Shown piece by piece: positions 1 to 11,245 of a stretch of DNA of 64,000 nt. Numbering within the stretch: the stretch's first letter is position 1; every line of letters begins with the position of its first letter. Both the position numbers and the translations under genes were made by a program. Origin of the DNA: Hypanus sabinus (taxonomy: Eukaryota); the NCBI RefSeq assembly GCF_030144855.1, contig NC_082713.1, positions 53,816,001 to 53,880,000 on the forward strand, given 5' to 3'. Under the pieces are notes generated by a model that was not told the origin of the DNA, did no database searches, and saw only the letters and a program-made list of their open reading frames with translations.

Positions 1-164
1 CAAACAGAAGTCAAAAGATTGAAGTTCTTACTGGAAGTATAGAGAGAAGCAAGGTGATCCATGAAAGGAGCTTTTACCAGAGTGTATAAAGTATTGTGTG
101 GAGTTTTGGTCACTTTGAGGAAAGTCACTGTCAATCTGAAGAGAATACAGAAGAGATTTATAAA

Positions 165-965
165 GAGTCCCTTCTCCTTTCATCATTCCCCACTACATTT
201 CCTCCTATTATTTATCCCTGCAAGTGGGAGAAGTGCTACAACTGCCTACTCACCTCCTCTCTCATCTCCGTTCAGGACTGCAAACAGTCCTTCCTGTTAA
301 GACAAAACTTCACCTGCAAGTTTGAGACACCTACTGTATCTGGTGCTCTCAAAGAAGCCTCCTCTACATTGGTGAGGCACAATGTAAATTGGGGGACCGC
401 ACTTCACTCAGTCCTCAACAAGCAGGTTTTCCCAGTGGTTGATCATCTCCATCCCAACATGTGGGCCCATGGACTTCTCTTCTGCCACAATGAAGCCACT
501 CAAGTTGGAGGAGCAACATCTCAATTCTGCCTGGGTAGTGTCCAACCTAATAGCATGAGCACTGATATTTCTAACTGGGTAATTTCTCCCTCTTCTTCCA
601 TTCTCCACACTGGCTCTCCCTTACCTCTTCTATTCATCTGCCTATCACCTCCTACTGATGCCCCTCCTCCTTTTCTTTCTCCCATGGTCCACTCTAACAG
701 ATCTCCTTCTTCAGTGCTTAACCTTTTCTACCTTTCACCTTGCTGCTTTTAAACTTCATCCCCTCCACCACCTACCTTCTTCCTCACCTGGCTTCACACA
801 TCATCTGCTAGCTTGTATTTCTTCCATTCCCCCCACCCCAGCCAACTTCTTATTCTGGCTTCTTCCCCATCCCTTTCCAGGGTCTTGGCCTAATATGTTG
901 ACAGCTTATTCCTTTCCATGGATGCTGCCTGACCTGCTGAGCTCCTCCAACATTCTCTGCATGTT
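165..965 (+). mobile_element. Decayed Penelope-like retroelement 3' fragment (GIY-YIG endonuclease remnant plus terminal repeat)
   Basis: tactgtatctggtgctctc...ctctacattggtgag...ggggaccgc reads YCIWCS..LLYIGE....GDR (GIY-YIG-like). It is followed by a CT-rich tract and the gatgctgcctgacctgctgag terminal motif shared with other copies in the window. Confidence 0.7.
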
Positions 966-979
966 CCTTTTCAAAGCTT

Positions 980-1375
980 TTGCCTGGACTAGACGGCCAG
1001 TTATAAAGAGATGTTGGCTATGCTGGGTCTTTATTCCTTGGAGAATTATGGATGATCTCATAGTAGATTATGAAATCATGAAGGTACAGACTAGGTCTTT
1101 TCCCCAGGGTTGGGGAATCCAAAATGAAAGAGCACAGTTAAGAGGGAAGCGATTTAAGTGAGACCAAAGAGGTAACTTCTTTAACACAGAAGGTAGTCAG
1201 TTCCTGGAATGAGCTGCCAGAGGAAGTAGTTGAGGCAGGAACAATTAAAACATTTAAGAGGCATTTAAGATACATGGAGAAGGACTTGGAAGGTTATGGG
1301 CCAAACACAGGCCACTGGGATTATCAGGGAGTATGCTGTGGTCAGCACGGACCATTGGGCCAAAGAGCATCTGAC
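980..1375 (+). mobile_element. Decayed CR1 LINE 3' end
   Basis: Resembles the CR1 RT C-terminus and 3' UTR (aacttctttaacacagaaggtagtc...ctggaatgagctgccagagg, i.e. NFF.Q.V...WN.LP). Confidence 0.7.
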
Positions 1376-1558
1376 TCCAAGGAACCAGGTTGGATTGGGG
1401 AATATGAAGTGAAAAAAATTATCATTGATGGCTTAACAATTCTTTTCACAAAAGTGCTACCTTCAACATCACAGGTCATGACCCCTTTCAGGTCTTCTTT
1501 GGTACTTCACCCATGCAAATTCACCAGTAACTTTCTACATCAGCTGACCAAAGTCCAC

Positions 1559-2231
1559 TGTGCTGTCTTTACGACAGTTATTTAGTTTATAATATTTTCG
1601 CTTAGTAATTCATTCAATAGTATTTTCTAGTTAGAATTAGAAGTGTTTAAAGTATATTCATTGCATGTAAAATATATCGGCATGTGATGACGTCACATCC
1701 GGTTTCGCCGCGTCTTGTGGGAAAACACCGGTTTGAAATTAGCGCGAGGGTGGGGGCTTTCCACGAGGCTCACCTGAGCACAAGCAGTTTTGCAGGCATG
1801 AGAAATCACAGTGAGAGCAACGCTGTAAGTTAATAGATAATCGATATATTGAACTAAGATGTTAACGCTGATCCTGTTAGAGGTAACGACGGTAGATAAT
1901 GTTTATGCTTTCGTTAGTTAAAGAGTCGCGGATAGTTTGCATGGAAGTGTATTTAAAGTAGTCAATGGAGCAGGTAAACTCTCCCTGTATACTGCACCTT
2001 AGTGTAATGTAGTTATAGTCACCTTTGCAAGTATTTACACTTGAAATGTGATATTAAGGAAGGAACAAATACTGTATCAATCTTGTATTGTTTTATCAAC
2101 AGTTTTCACCATATGTTAATGTGAAGAGTGAACAGTAAATGGTTAATCTTACTGCGATCTGGTTTGCATTGGCTGTGGTTTATCCGGACGTTAAATTCGG
2201 CATTTCGTTACACCCGAAGGAGAACGTTACA
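1559..2231 (+). repeat. 5' LTR of BEL/Pao element (673 bp)
   Basis: Direct repeat of 4048-4717; starts tgtgctg, ends gttaca. Confidence 0.95.
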
Positions 2232-2269
2232 GTGAAAAAGCGGCATTATCAGGTGTTTCAAGTGCTGCA

Positions 2270-3985
2270 ATGTCAGCTCAATCCAGCATCAAGTCGACGC
2301 CGCCCAGCGACAAGGGCAGTAAACCGACATCAAGTAAGCCCACCCAGGCGTTATCAGGTGTTCCAAGTGCTGCAATGTCAGCTCGATCCGGGATCAAGTC
2401 GATGGCGCCCAGCGACAAGGGCAGTAGAACGACATCAAGTAAGTCCGCACAGGCAAGAGCCAAGGCAGAAGCCGCCAAGGTGCGACTGCATTACGCCAAA
2501 CAAGAAGCAGTTTTGAAAATTAAACTGGCTGCCAGAGAAGCCAAAAGGGCCGCCAGAAAGGCAGAAGCCGCCAAGGTGCTACTGCGTTACGCCAGACAAG
2601 AAGCAGTTTTGAAAATGAAACTGGCCACCAGAGAAGCCGAAATCCAGAAAGAAAGGGCCGCCAGAGAAGCCGAAAGGGCCGCCAGACAAAGAGAAGAGGC
2701 CGCCAGAGAAGCCGAAACCCAGTTGGAAATGGCAAAAATATCGACAAAGTTGCAAGTGCTGCAGCGAGAAAGAGAAGAAGAAGCTGCCATGGCGGAAGCA
2801 AAGTACATAGAAGAAGCTGAAGGGTCGCGTGATCTGACCGAAGCAAGATCTACTTTAGAAAGGACCAGACTGGAACGCACAAGCGACTATGTACAATCTC
2901 AAATAGACAGGCAGGCTCGTCTCCCCTCTCCATACGTATTCGATAACTTCCCCAGCTACGAGGAACCTCAGAGAGTCACGATTGCATCACATCCATACAA
3001 GGAAGGAAATTTACCCTCACGGCTCCGTGATGAAGTCAAGAATGAAAGAACCGACAACGCTCCTTCACCCCCACAACAGGACGGCGGGGAGGGAGAGGTT
3101 CACTCCAGGACAACAATTGTCAGCTCGAACTGTACAGAAGTTTGCGGTCAAACTCAGTCAAGCCGTTCTTGTTCCGAGATCTGCCTCACTGAGGTGTACC
3201 CTAAAGAAGCACAACAAGACATTACCAAGCGTAAAGTAACCGAAGAGACGCTAGGTCAGTCAGTTTTCGTTCAAACCGAGCACGGAAACAAACTTGCACA
3301 ATCAGCTCAAGATACCATTTCTTTAAAACCCAAAGACACCAAGGTCTTCAGAGATGAAGCAAATAATGGGGTTGCCCCATTACCCTTCAGAGAACCACGC
3401 CAGCGCTCACCAGATAACAAAGAGCAGGCAGTCAAACGGTTCACGTCCTTACGGAAAACCCAGAAAAGGAAACCTGAGATGCAGCAACACACCCGATTGG
3501 CTCACGAGGTACTGTGCACCCTAATGGCAGAGGTCACAGCCATTATAAACGCACAATCATTCCTACCTGTGTCTTCTGACCCAGAAAACCCCTTTATACT
3601 TTCGCCATCAACGCTCCTTATGCAGAAGGCAGGAGCACCTCCTCCACCAGGAGACTTCTCAGACAAGGATTTGTACACAAAGCAATGGAGACAAGTCCAG
3701 GCTCTGGCAAATCAGTTCTGGCCTCGCTGGAGACAAAAATATCTACCTTTGTTGCAACAGAGACAAAAGTGGACAGAACCCCGAAGGAATCTTCAAGTTG
3801 AAGACTTAGTCCTGCTCAGGGACAAGCAAGCCACCCGCAACAGCTGGCCAATGGCCAGAATCACTGCTACATTCCCTAGCGAGGATGGACATGTCAGGAA
3901 GATCGAATTGAAGACTACCGACCAAGGCGATGTGAAAAATTTACCAAGGGCCAGTTACAGAAGTTATTCTACTTCTACCCAATGA
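2270..3985 (+). CDS. 571-aa mosaic BEL/Pao gag-pol remnant: Gag N-terminal coiled coil, linker segments, and integrase C-terminal (DUF5641-like) domain
   Basis: Contains the motifs CTEVCG..SRSCS.ICL..VYP, LG.SVF.QT...NKLA.S..D, VAPLPFR.PR.R.PDN..QA..R..SL, HEVLCTLMAEVTAIINA and QWRQVQALANQFW.RW...YL..LQ.R.KW...RRNL.V.DLVLL.D....RN.WP.ARI...FPS.DG.VR. No protease, RT (YxDD) or RNase H motif is visible. Confidence 0.85.
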   Translation: MSAQSSIKSTPPSDKGSKPTSSKPTQALSGVPSAAMSARSGIKSMAPSDKGSRTTSSKSAQARAKAEAAKVRLHYAKQEAVLKIKLAAREAKRAARKAEAAKVLLRYARQEAVLKMKLATREAEIQKERAAREAERAARQREEAAREAETQLEMAKISTKLQVLQREREEEAAMAEAKYIEEAEGSRDLTEARSTLERTRLERTSDYVQSQIDRQARLPSPYVFDNFPSYEEPQRVTIASHPYKEGNLPSRLRDEVKNERTDNAPSPPQQDGGEGEVHSRTTIVSSNCTEVCGQTQSSRSCSEICLTEVYPKEAQQDITKRKVTEETLGQSVFVQTEHGNKLAQSAQDTISLKPKDTKVFRDEANNGVAPLPFREPRQRSPDNKEQAVKRFTSLRKTQKRKPEMQQHTRLAHEVLCTLMAEVTAIINAQSFLPVSSDPENPFILSPSTLLMQKAGAPPPPGDFSDKDLYTKQWRQVQALANQFWPRWRQKYLPLLQQRQKWTEPRRNLQVEDLVLLRDKQATRNSWPMARITATFPSEDGHVRKIELKTTDQGDVKNLPRASYRSYSTSTQ

Positions 3986-4047
3986 CTGATTAAGAGACTA
4001 AGTTTTGTACTCTGCTCATTGTGACCTTACGAAGGTCAAGCGGGGAG

Positions 4048-4717
4048 TGTGCTGTCTTTACGACAGTTATTTAGTTTATAATATTTTCGCTTAGTAATTC
4101 ATTCAATAGTATTTTCTAGTTAGAATTAGTGTTTAAAGTATATTCATTGCATGTAAAATATATCAGCATGTGATGACGTCACATCCGGTTTCGCCGCGTC
4201 TTGTGGGAAAACACCGGTTTGAAATTAGCGCGAGGGTGGGGGCTTTCCACGAGGCTCACCTGAGCACAAGCAGTTTTGCAGGCATGAGAAATCACAGTGA
4301 GAGCAACGCTGTAAGTTAATAGATAATCGATATATTGAACTAAGATGTTAACGCTGATCCTGTTAGAGGTAACGACGGTAGATAATGTTTATGCTTTCGT
4401 TAGTTAAAGAGTCGCGGATAGTTTGCATGGAAGTGTATTTAAAGTAGTCAATGGAGCAGGTAAACTCTCCCTGTATACTGCACCTTAGTGTAATGTAGTT
4501 ATAGTCACCTTTGCAAGTATTTACACTTGAAATGTGATATTAAGGAAGGAACAAATACTGTATCAATCTTGTATTGTTTTATCAACAGTTTTCACCATAT
4601 GTTAATGTGAAGAGTGAACAGTAAATGGTTAATCTTACTGCGATCTGGTTTGCATTGGCTGTGGTTTATCCGGACGTTAAATTCGGCGTTTCGTTACACC
4701 CGAAGGAGAACGTTACA
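4048..4717 (+). repeat. 3' LTR of BEL/Pao element (670 bp)
   Basis: By eye it differs from the 5' LTR only by one 3-bp indel and two substitutions. Confidence 0.95.
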
Positions 4718-5504
4718 TCCACTGTTGTTGGTATACTTTTCCCCCCATGAAGTATCATTCATCTGTTATTGAGCTACATTTGCTGTTTTCCATCACCTCA
4801 ATCTTCAAATTCTCTCCTTGTATTTGCCCACATTCACTGCTACAGATTCTACAAAACTGTCTAGTGTACTGGTCGGTCTATTGTACCCTTAGGCCATACC
4901 ACTTGGAAACAGGCCACTTAGACCATCCTTTCCTCCGTCCTTTAGAGATGACACCCAAGTATTTAAAAGCTGGATGTATGCTTCACAATTCAGGCTATTA
5001 AGACTCTCTGCACCCTAGATTTCTCTATTTATTTTTAGCCCTCTTCACAACTACTGTTTCCACTAGACTTTGGGCACCATTCCAAAAATCTCCTCCCTAA
5101 GCTTGTGCACCATTACTTTCTGAAGTATTTACAACAGTCATCATAGTTTATAAAGTGCCTTTAATTTGTAGCTTTTCTATCACTAAGGGAGTAGTCACGA
5201 TAATAAAAAAAATAGGCGTTTGGAAAATAGTGGAAGTGCTTGGTCTTGTGAAAAGAATTAAATGAAAATACACGCACACAAAACATATTTAATCCCATGA
5301 TCTATTTCACCATCCACAGCTACCTTAGAGGGTTGCCAAGTGTTTGTCCAACTGTTTACATAAGGCATGCTTTTCCAGATGAATTTCTTGTTGGGTCATT
5401 CAAAGCCTTTATGTCTCAACCACACGTAGAACTGGGAAGGAAGTCCCAAGCAGTATAGGACAACAAAATCACTTTTTAAAAATTAATATTAACACGTATA
5501 GCAG

Positions 5505-5780
5505 GGATAAACGAGATTCTGCAGATGCTGGAAATTCAGAACACATAAAATGCTTGAGAAACTCAGGTCAGACAGCACCTATGGAGAGGTAACAGTTGAC
5601 ATTTTTGGCTGGTCCTCTTCTGGAAAGAAATGGGAAAGAGTGATAATAAGGTGGGGGTGAGAGGGGAAGGAGTACAAGCTGGCAGGTGATAGATGACTCA
5701 GGGTGGATGGAGAAGGGAATGAGGTAAAGGACTGAAGGATCTGATAAATGGGAGTTGACCATGTGAGAAAGGCACTGTAG
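5505..5780 (-). mobile_element. Penelope-derived terminal repeat fragment
   Basis: tctgcagatgctggaaatt...aaaatgct...aactcagg...cagcacctatgg is the reverse complement of the family 3' end, followed by the antisense of the CT-rich tract. Confidence 0.65.
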
Positions 5781-6052
5781 CGAGCCAGTGGCATTAAAAA
5801 GTTCAGGGCAATGACATCTTTAATGACTGTTCACGTGTCCTCCTTGCAATGAGGTTTTCAGCAAGTTAGGTTGAAGTATATGCTAGTTCACTTCTCTACA
5901 GAAAATATCAGTTTGCTCAAAAGTCTTGGATTTCAGGCATTACTGCAAACACAGTCTTAAATTAAGTGCTTCATTATTAAGAGATTCTCCTTCCAATCCT
6001 TGGAAAGATGTACTGAACCAAGCCCAAAATACCACGGTTTATTTTCAAGAAA

Positions 6053-6230
6053 TGTACACAAAATGCTGGAGAAACTTAGACCAGGCAGCATCTATAGAAA
6101 AAAAGTACAGTCGGCATTTCGTAAAAAGTGACGTCAACTGTACTTTTATCCCCCACAGATGCTGCCTGGCCTGCAGCGTTTTGTGAGTGTTGCTTGTTTC
6201 CAGCATCTACAGATTTTCTCTTGTTTGTGA
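6053..6230. mobile_element. Short inverted (palindromic) Penelope-derived element
   Basis: Left arm acacaaaatgctgg...ccaggcagcatct...gtacagtcg pairs with right arm actgtac...agatgctgcctgg...ttttgtg. Both flanks contain ggtttatt(tt)caag, a possible decayed TSD. Confidence 0.75.
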
Positions 6231-8334
6231 AGGTTTATTCAAGTAAGAATAATCTTGATGTCCTGGTCAATATTTAATCAACCACCCCCACAAAGAAATC
6301 AACTACAGTATACTTCATCCACCCCCACTGTTGTTTGCCTAGTCTAGCTGTTTGCAAATCATCTGAGGTGATACATTTACTCCAATTACACAAATTATTG
6401 TGCAAAGCACTTTAGGACATCGTGAGATGCAAGTGGGACCCTGGCTTTGTCTCTGGTAGCTCTGAAAATAGTTGAAAGCATTCTAAATTTGATGCAAATA
6501 AACTTTGTGCAAGGACATTTTCTAATGGATATGCCAGCAAATTCAAAAGTGGGGTATATATATTTTTAAGGAAGTGTTGCAGCATCAAAATTACCACTTC
6601 TCCTTTAAAAGCTCAACTAAACCTGTACAACTGGTGTTTACATCCATGACTGTATGTCCTCTATTACCTTGTGGGTTTTATGCGCAATGAGACCCATCCA
6701 GAAAAATATGGTTTAGTATCTGACCTTATTGCTATCCAATTTATAGATTACTTGTTAAAATGGCGATCCAAGCAAAAGCAGTTTCTGCTAGCCACAAATT
6801 ATGTAGGTATCCTCAAAGTAATGCATCACATCCAAAATCTACTCCATTCAGCTCCAAAGCGTAAATGGAAACAAACAACATTCTACATCAAAAATTCAGA
6901 GGTGACATGGTAGAAATTTAACCAGGCTCAACAGTGTGACTGTGTCAGAAGGGCAGGTGCCTTTTGCCTCTTCTGCATAAGTGAGCCTTTCACAGTCAAA
7001 CACAAATGTGATTCAGGCAATGGCTACACCAGCACTTGAAACAAAAATCAATAATGACAGTCTGAGGATACAGGACACAGAAAGGAATTTAGGAGGGAAA
7101 GGGTAGGGAAAAAACTGAACAAAACAAGGATAGAAAATAAAAGGGAAGGTAATACACAAAGTTAAAATGTGAGTGCTGAGACACAACAACACACTGTTGC
7201 AGCCTATAAAATGCTACACCATTTCCTGATATAGTTAACCATAACAGCCTAGCAAAACCTTACTTAATATCATTGTGTTAAAGTATTGCTATTCTACAGC
7301 CTTGTTTGACACAGAAAGCTATCACAGCACTTTTTGTATACACACAAGCTGAGTCCACTGACCTGCTATTTCATATAGTCCTGGATATTTTTTTTTGGTG
7401 AAAGGAAACTTCTTGCATTGCTGGTTTTCTGAGCTTAGTCTATTCTTCCGCCCACAGCACTTGTCAGCATTCGTCAGCAGTCACGTGGCATACTTTACCG
7501 CACTGCTGGTCAGTGGGTGGGACATCTGCTGAAGCAAGACAATACTCTCCTCTCCTTCAATCTACAGTGTGCCCAGAATCAGCAACCATTTAAAACGGGG
7601 CTTGTGACTTAACACAAATATAACACAAAAACATTAAATAAGGATTGCAACAAAAAAAAGCTTGAATCACATCAGAAGATAAAGCAAGAATCTGTAGCAG
7701 TGTTTTTCCTGCCCCTTTAAATAAATGTAATTGCTTTGAGGAAGAGTTAAAAATCCTCCATAAATGACAACTGAGTAACTGCTCGGTCACTGTAATGGAA
7801 AAAATGGGAACAAAAAGACCCACAATTGCTTCAAAATGCTCAATTATGTCATATGAGGCAGCTGACCCTCATATGACCTTTTGCGCTCTATCCTCCAATC
7901 ACTTGGGCTCGGTAGTGCCAGTTGTTCAAAAGTTAATGATCCTCTTTTTTGCATAAGTTATATTTTGTAACGTTAGTCAATCAGCTTTTTTTTAAACGTT
8001 ATTACACTTTTTGTCTGTTCTATCTCAGTGGAACTGTGAGGTTTAGTTCAGATCCTCCAGTTTTTTTTACTGACTAGGATACAAAAGTTAAATTTCCCAG
8101 AACTATGTCACTTAACAAACACGAGCACAACCATAAGCTATTCAGCAGCATGTACATAAATGTTATTTATATTATCTGCCATAATGCCTAAAATTTAATT
8201 AGTGTTCAGTTACTCAAACATTTTTACTGTAGACTTATGGGAGCCTTTAAGACTCCAATTTTAATGACCAGATTTTTCTTAATGGTGGACTTGGAGCTGG
8301 GTACTCCTGATGCCCCAGTGGTAAGGAAGCATGT

Positions 8335-8712
8335 CTCATTAAGATAATTTTGTTATATGTGTCATATAATTTGGGCTATCATGGTCTATGTCCCTAATTG
8401 TTCTTGGAAAATTTTTCTACATAAGTGGCTTGACATTGTTTTCTCCTGGGCAATGTCTTTACAAGAAGGGTGATCCCAGCCATTATCAATACTCTTCAGA
8501 GATTGCCTGATATCAGTGGTCGCATAACCAGGACTTGGGGTATGCACCAGCTGCTCGTACAATCATCTGCCAACTGCTCCCATGGTTTCACATGACCCTA
8601 GTCAAGGGGCTAAGCAGATGTTACACCTTGTCCAAGGGTAACCTTCACGTAGCAGAGGGAAAGAGTGCCTTCACCTCCTTTGTTAGGGGCATATCTCTAT
8701 CCTGCCACCCAA
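8335..8712 (-). mobile_element. SINE-like interspersed repeat (same family as 52085-52465 and 53915-54250)
   Basis: Shares blocks such as ccagccattatcaatactcttcagagattgcctg and caccttg(t/c)ccaagggt with the other two copies. Confidence 0.75.
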
Positions 8713-9030
8713 TAGGATAGTTAAGGCCAAAAGTATTTAGTTTTGAGCAAATAGGAAATAATGTTGGAGTAGTCTTTAACAGGTTTCAACCAATTGAGGT
8801 TAATAAGAAAGCTCACACAGCCAGAACATCCTGGACCTTCTGCACCCTGATAGAGGCAGATTCATGTGGTTAACGGATGGAAGAGTCCAGATTTTCCATA
8901 GGCTAAAGCAGTTATTAATGGATTCCAAGTTGACAGGTCTGCAGGGCACAGAACAATCAGAAGCCCTATGAGAGTAGTACAGCAAGTATTCTCAACCGTC
9001 ACCAGAATTACTAGAAAGAGGCAGACCTGT

Positions 9031-9852
9031 TAAGATGGCACTAAATGGCTACTCCTTTGCTTGCATTGTCAAAAACAGCTTTATTTCCATCTCTAATGTC
9101 TCTATTTTTCCCTTTCAGGGTTCTTTCGAAAACCCGACCTAGAGTTACACGCTGACTTTGGTTCGTTCAGGAATGGGGCCCGTTCTCGGGGTTTCAGGAC
9201 CGGCCATTGTTCGGCACCCCAAGGAGAGTGTCTTCAGCCTGCGAGTCCAGCTCGAATTTGATAGCCCAAAATCTCGGGGCTCTACAGGCAGGCAGATCGA
9301 GGGTCGATGTCACAGCAAGAAACCCATTTGTCATCAGGGGGGGTTAGGATATCTGCCGTGGGCCCGAAGACATGGGACCTTTGCAATCTTCAGGCACAGA
9401 GCTCAAAAAAAGTGACGGAACAGACTTCTAACACCTTAAACTAGCAAGTTGTTTGGTGTCTTCCCACTCACTGGGAAAATGGAGACACCTTTTTCTCCCT
9501 TATTAGGGAGAGAGAATCTGCAGTATGTCGAATGTCAGGTGTAATGCAAAGTCTTAGGGGTAACTGCAAGTCTGTCTTTCCTATTGCTTTGCTCACGCTT
9601 GAGTGCTTGGTGATGGTGCCATTGAAAGCTTTTTTTTGTCAGTGGAGGGAGGGGGGGGAATGGTTGCTCGCTGCCGCTTATGCACAGGAGGGAGGGGAGC
9701 TGGGGGGGGGGGGAACTTTGGGGCTCTTATGTTTTTCTGTCATTCATTCTTTGGGCCACTTCCGTTTTTGTGGATTATTGCAAAGAAAAATCATTTCAGG
9801 ATGTATATTGCATTCATTTCTCTGACATTAAATTGGACCTTTCAACCTTTGA
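9031..9852 (+). mobile_element. Non-coding interspersed repeat with LINE-like 3' tail
   Basis: Begins with aagatggc (YY1-like), is locally CpG-rich, has G-tracts and ends attaaa followed by acctttc/acctttg repeats. Related tails lie at 22100-22460 (-) and 33198-33295. Confidence 0.55.
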
Positions 9853-10439
9853 TTTCAATGTTTGGTGGCAAATGGCATTCATTAACATTCTTAGCCCATA
9901 CCATTCTTTCTTCCACAGTATACACTTATTTTTTTTCTGGCATTAAAGAATTCATCACCTTTTGAAGTTATAATCATTTAAAGAAACAAGTCACATGCCC
10001 TCCCAACACCATTGCTTATACCAACATCTTGTATCTCATCTCCATGTACAGTTTCACAAAAGTAATTTTACTGGTTGCAATCCTATCTATCCATGCTTCT
10101 CAGGATGATTCAATAACTTCAGCCAAGAAATACTTCTTTGGTACCCTTAGGCTAACCACCCATGAGGTAGTTTCACAATGGTGTTCCTTAGTTTAGTTTT
10201 GCTGGTTGCCTCTCAGAGATCAGGTAAAATTAACATACAAATCTACAGCAGCTCAATTTACACTAGAAAGCTTCAATCCAGTTTCTGTCCACCTTGTTTC
10301 CTACTGGAATCCACAAGTCATGGTTATAAACATTTGCATGACTGTAAACGCAATGGAGTCTGATCTCACTTCAAATGACCGCACTATCAATCTACAACCT
10401 TTACTTCTCATGGGCATCCCAAGTCAATGCTTTACTGAA

Positions 10440-11245
10440 AAAAAATCAGAATTAATATCACCGGGAAACATTCTGGAACTTGTTAACTTAGTGGCAGCAG
10501 TGCAATGCAATACACGATAATATAGAAAAAAGTACAAGCGTTTTTATTAAATAGTTAAGTTAAAAATAGTGCAAAATCAGAAAATAATAAAAGTGAGGTA
10601 GTGTTCATGGGTTCAATGAGCATTAAAGAATTGGATGGCAGAGGGGAAGAAGTTGGTCTTGAATTGCTGTGTGCTCGCTCCTTCAGGCTTCTCTACCTCC
10701 TTCCTTACATGACCTGGGTCTTTAATAACAGATGCCACATCTCTGAGACACTGCTCCTTGAAGTCTTGGATACTACGGAGGCTAGTACCCAAGATGGAGC
10801 TGACTAAATTTATAACCTTCTGGAGCTCCTTTCAATCCTGTGCAGTAGCTCCCCACATACTAGACAGTGATAGAGCCTGTCAGAATGCTCTCCATTGTAT
10901 CTCTGTAGAAGTTTGAATGTTTTAGGTGACAAACCAAATCTCCTCAAACTCCTAATGAAACATAGCCACCGTCTTGCCTTCTTCACAGCTGCATCGATAT
11001 GCTGGGACCAGGTTAAATCCCCAGAGAGCTTGACAACAAGGAACTTGGAATTGCTCACCCTCTCCACTTCCAGTCCCTCTATGATGATTGGTTAGTGTTC
11101 CCTTGTCTTACCCTTCCTGAAGTCCACCATCAGCTCTTAGGTCTTACTGGCATTAAGTGCAAGATTTGTTGCTACAACACTCAACTAACTAGTATATCTC
11201 GTTCCTGGAAGGCCTTTCATCTCCATCTGAGATTCTACCAACAAA
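10440..11245 (-). mobile_element. Rex1/Babar-like LINE 3' fragment
   Basis: ORF 10810-11067 encodes ERVSNSKFL...LTWSQHIDAAVKKARRWLCFIRSLRRFG; the tail ends in ctgatt-type repeats. Confidence 0.8.

Larger units (their letters stand above)
1559..4717 (+). mobile_element. Non-autonomous, internally deleted BEL/Pao LTR retrotransposon; complete and young
   Basis: TG...CA LTRs at 1559-2231 and 4048-4717; 5-bp TSD TCCAC at 1554-1558 and 4718-4722; purine-rich tract (aaggtcaagcggggag) before the 3' LTR; BEL-type protein motifs in the internal ORF. Confidence 0.95.

Noticed and set aside
96-1161. 218-aa and 167-aa ORFs as host genes
   Set aside because: They run through decayed Penelope and CR1 sequence and low-complexity CT tracts, with no coherent protein family.
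2139-2880. Overlapping and antisense ORFs in the BEL element
   Set aside because: They are shadow frames of the repetitive Gag region.
8800-8985. Possible minus-strand exon (ag...gtgag); a similar candidate lies at 49710-49925
   Set aside because: Splice-like signals are present but weak, and the translations match nothing I recognise.
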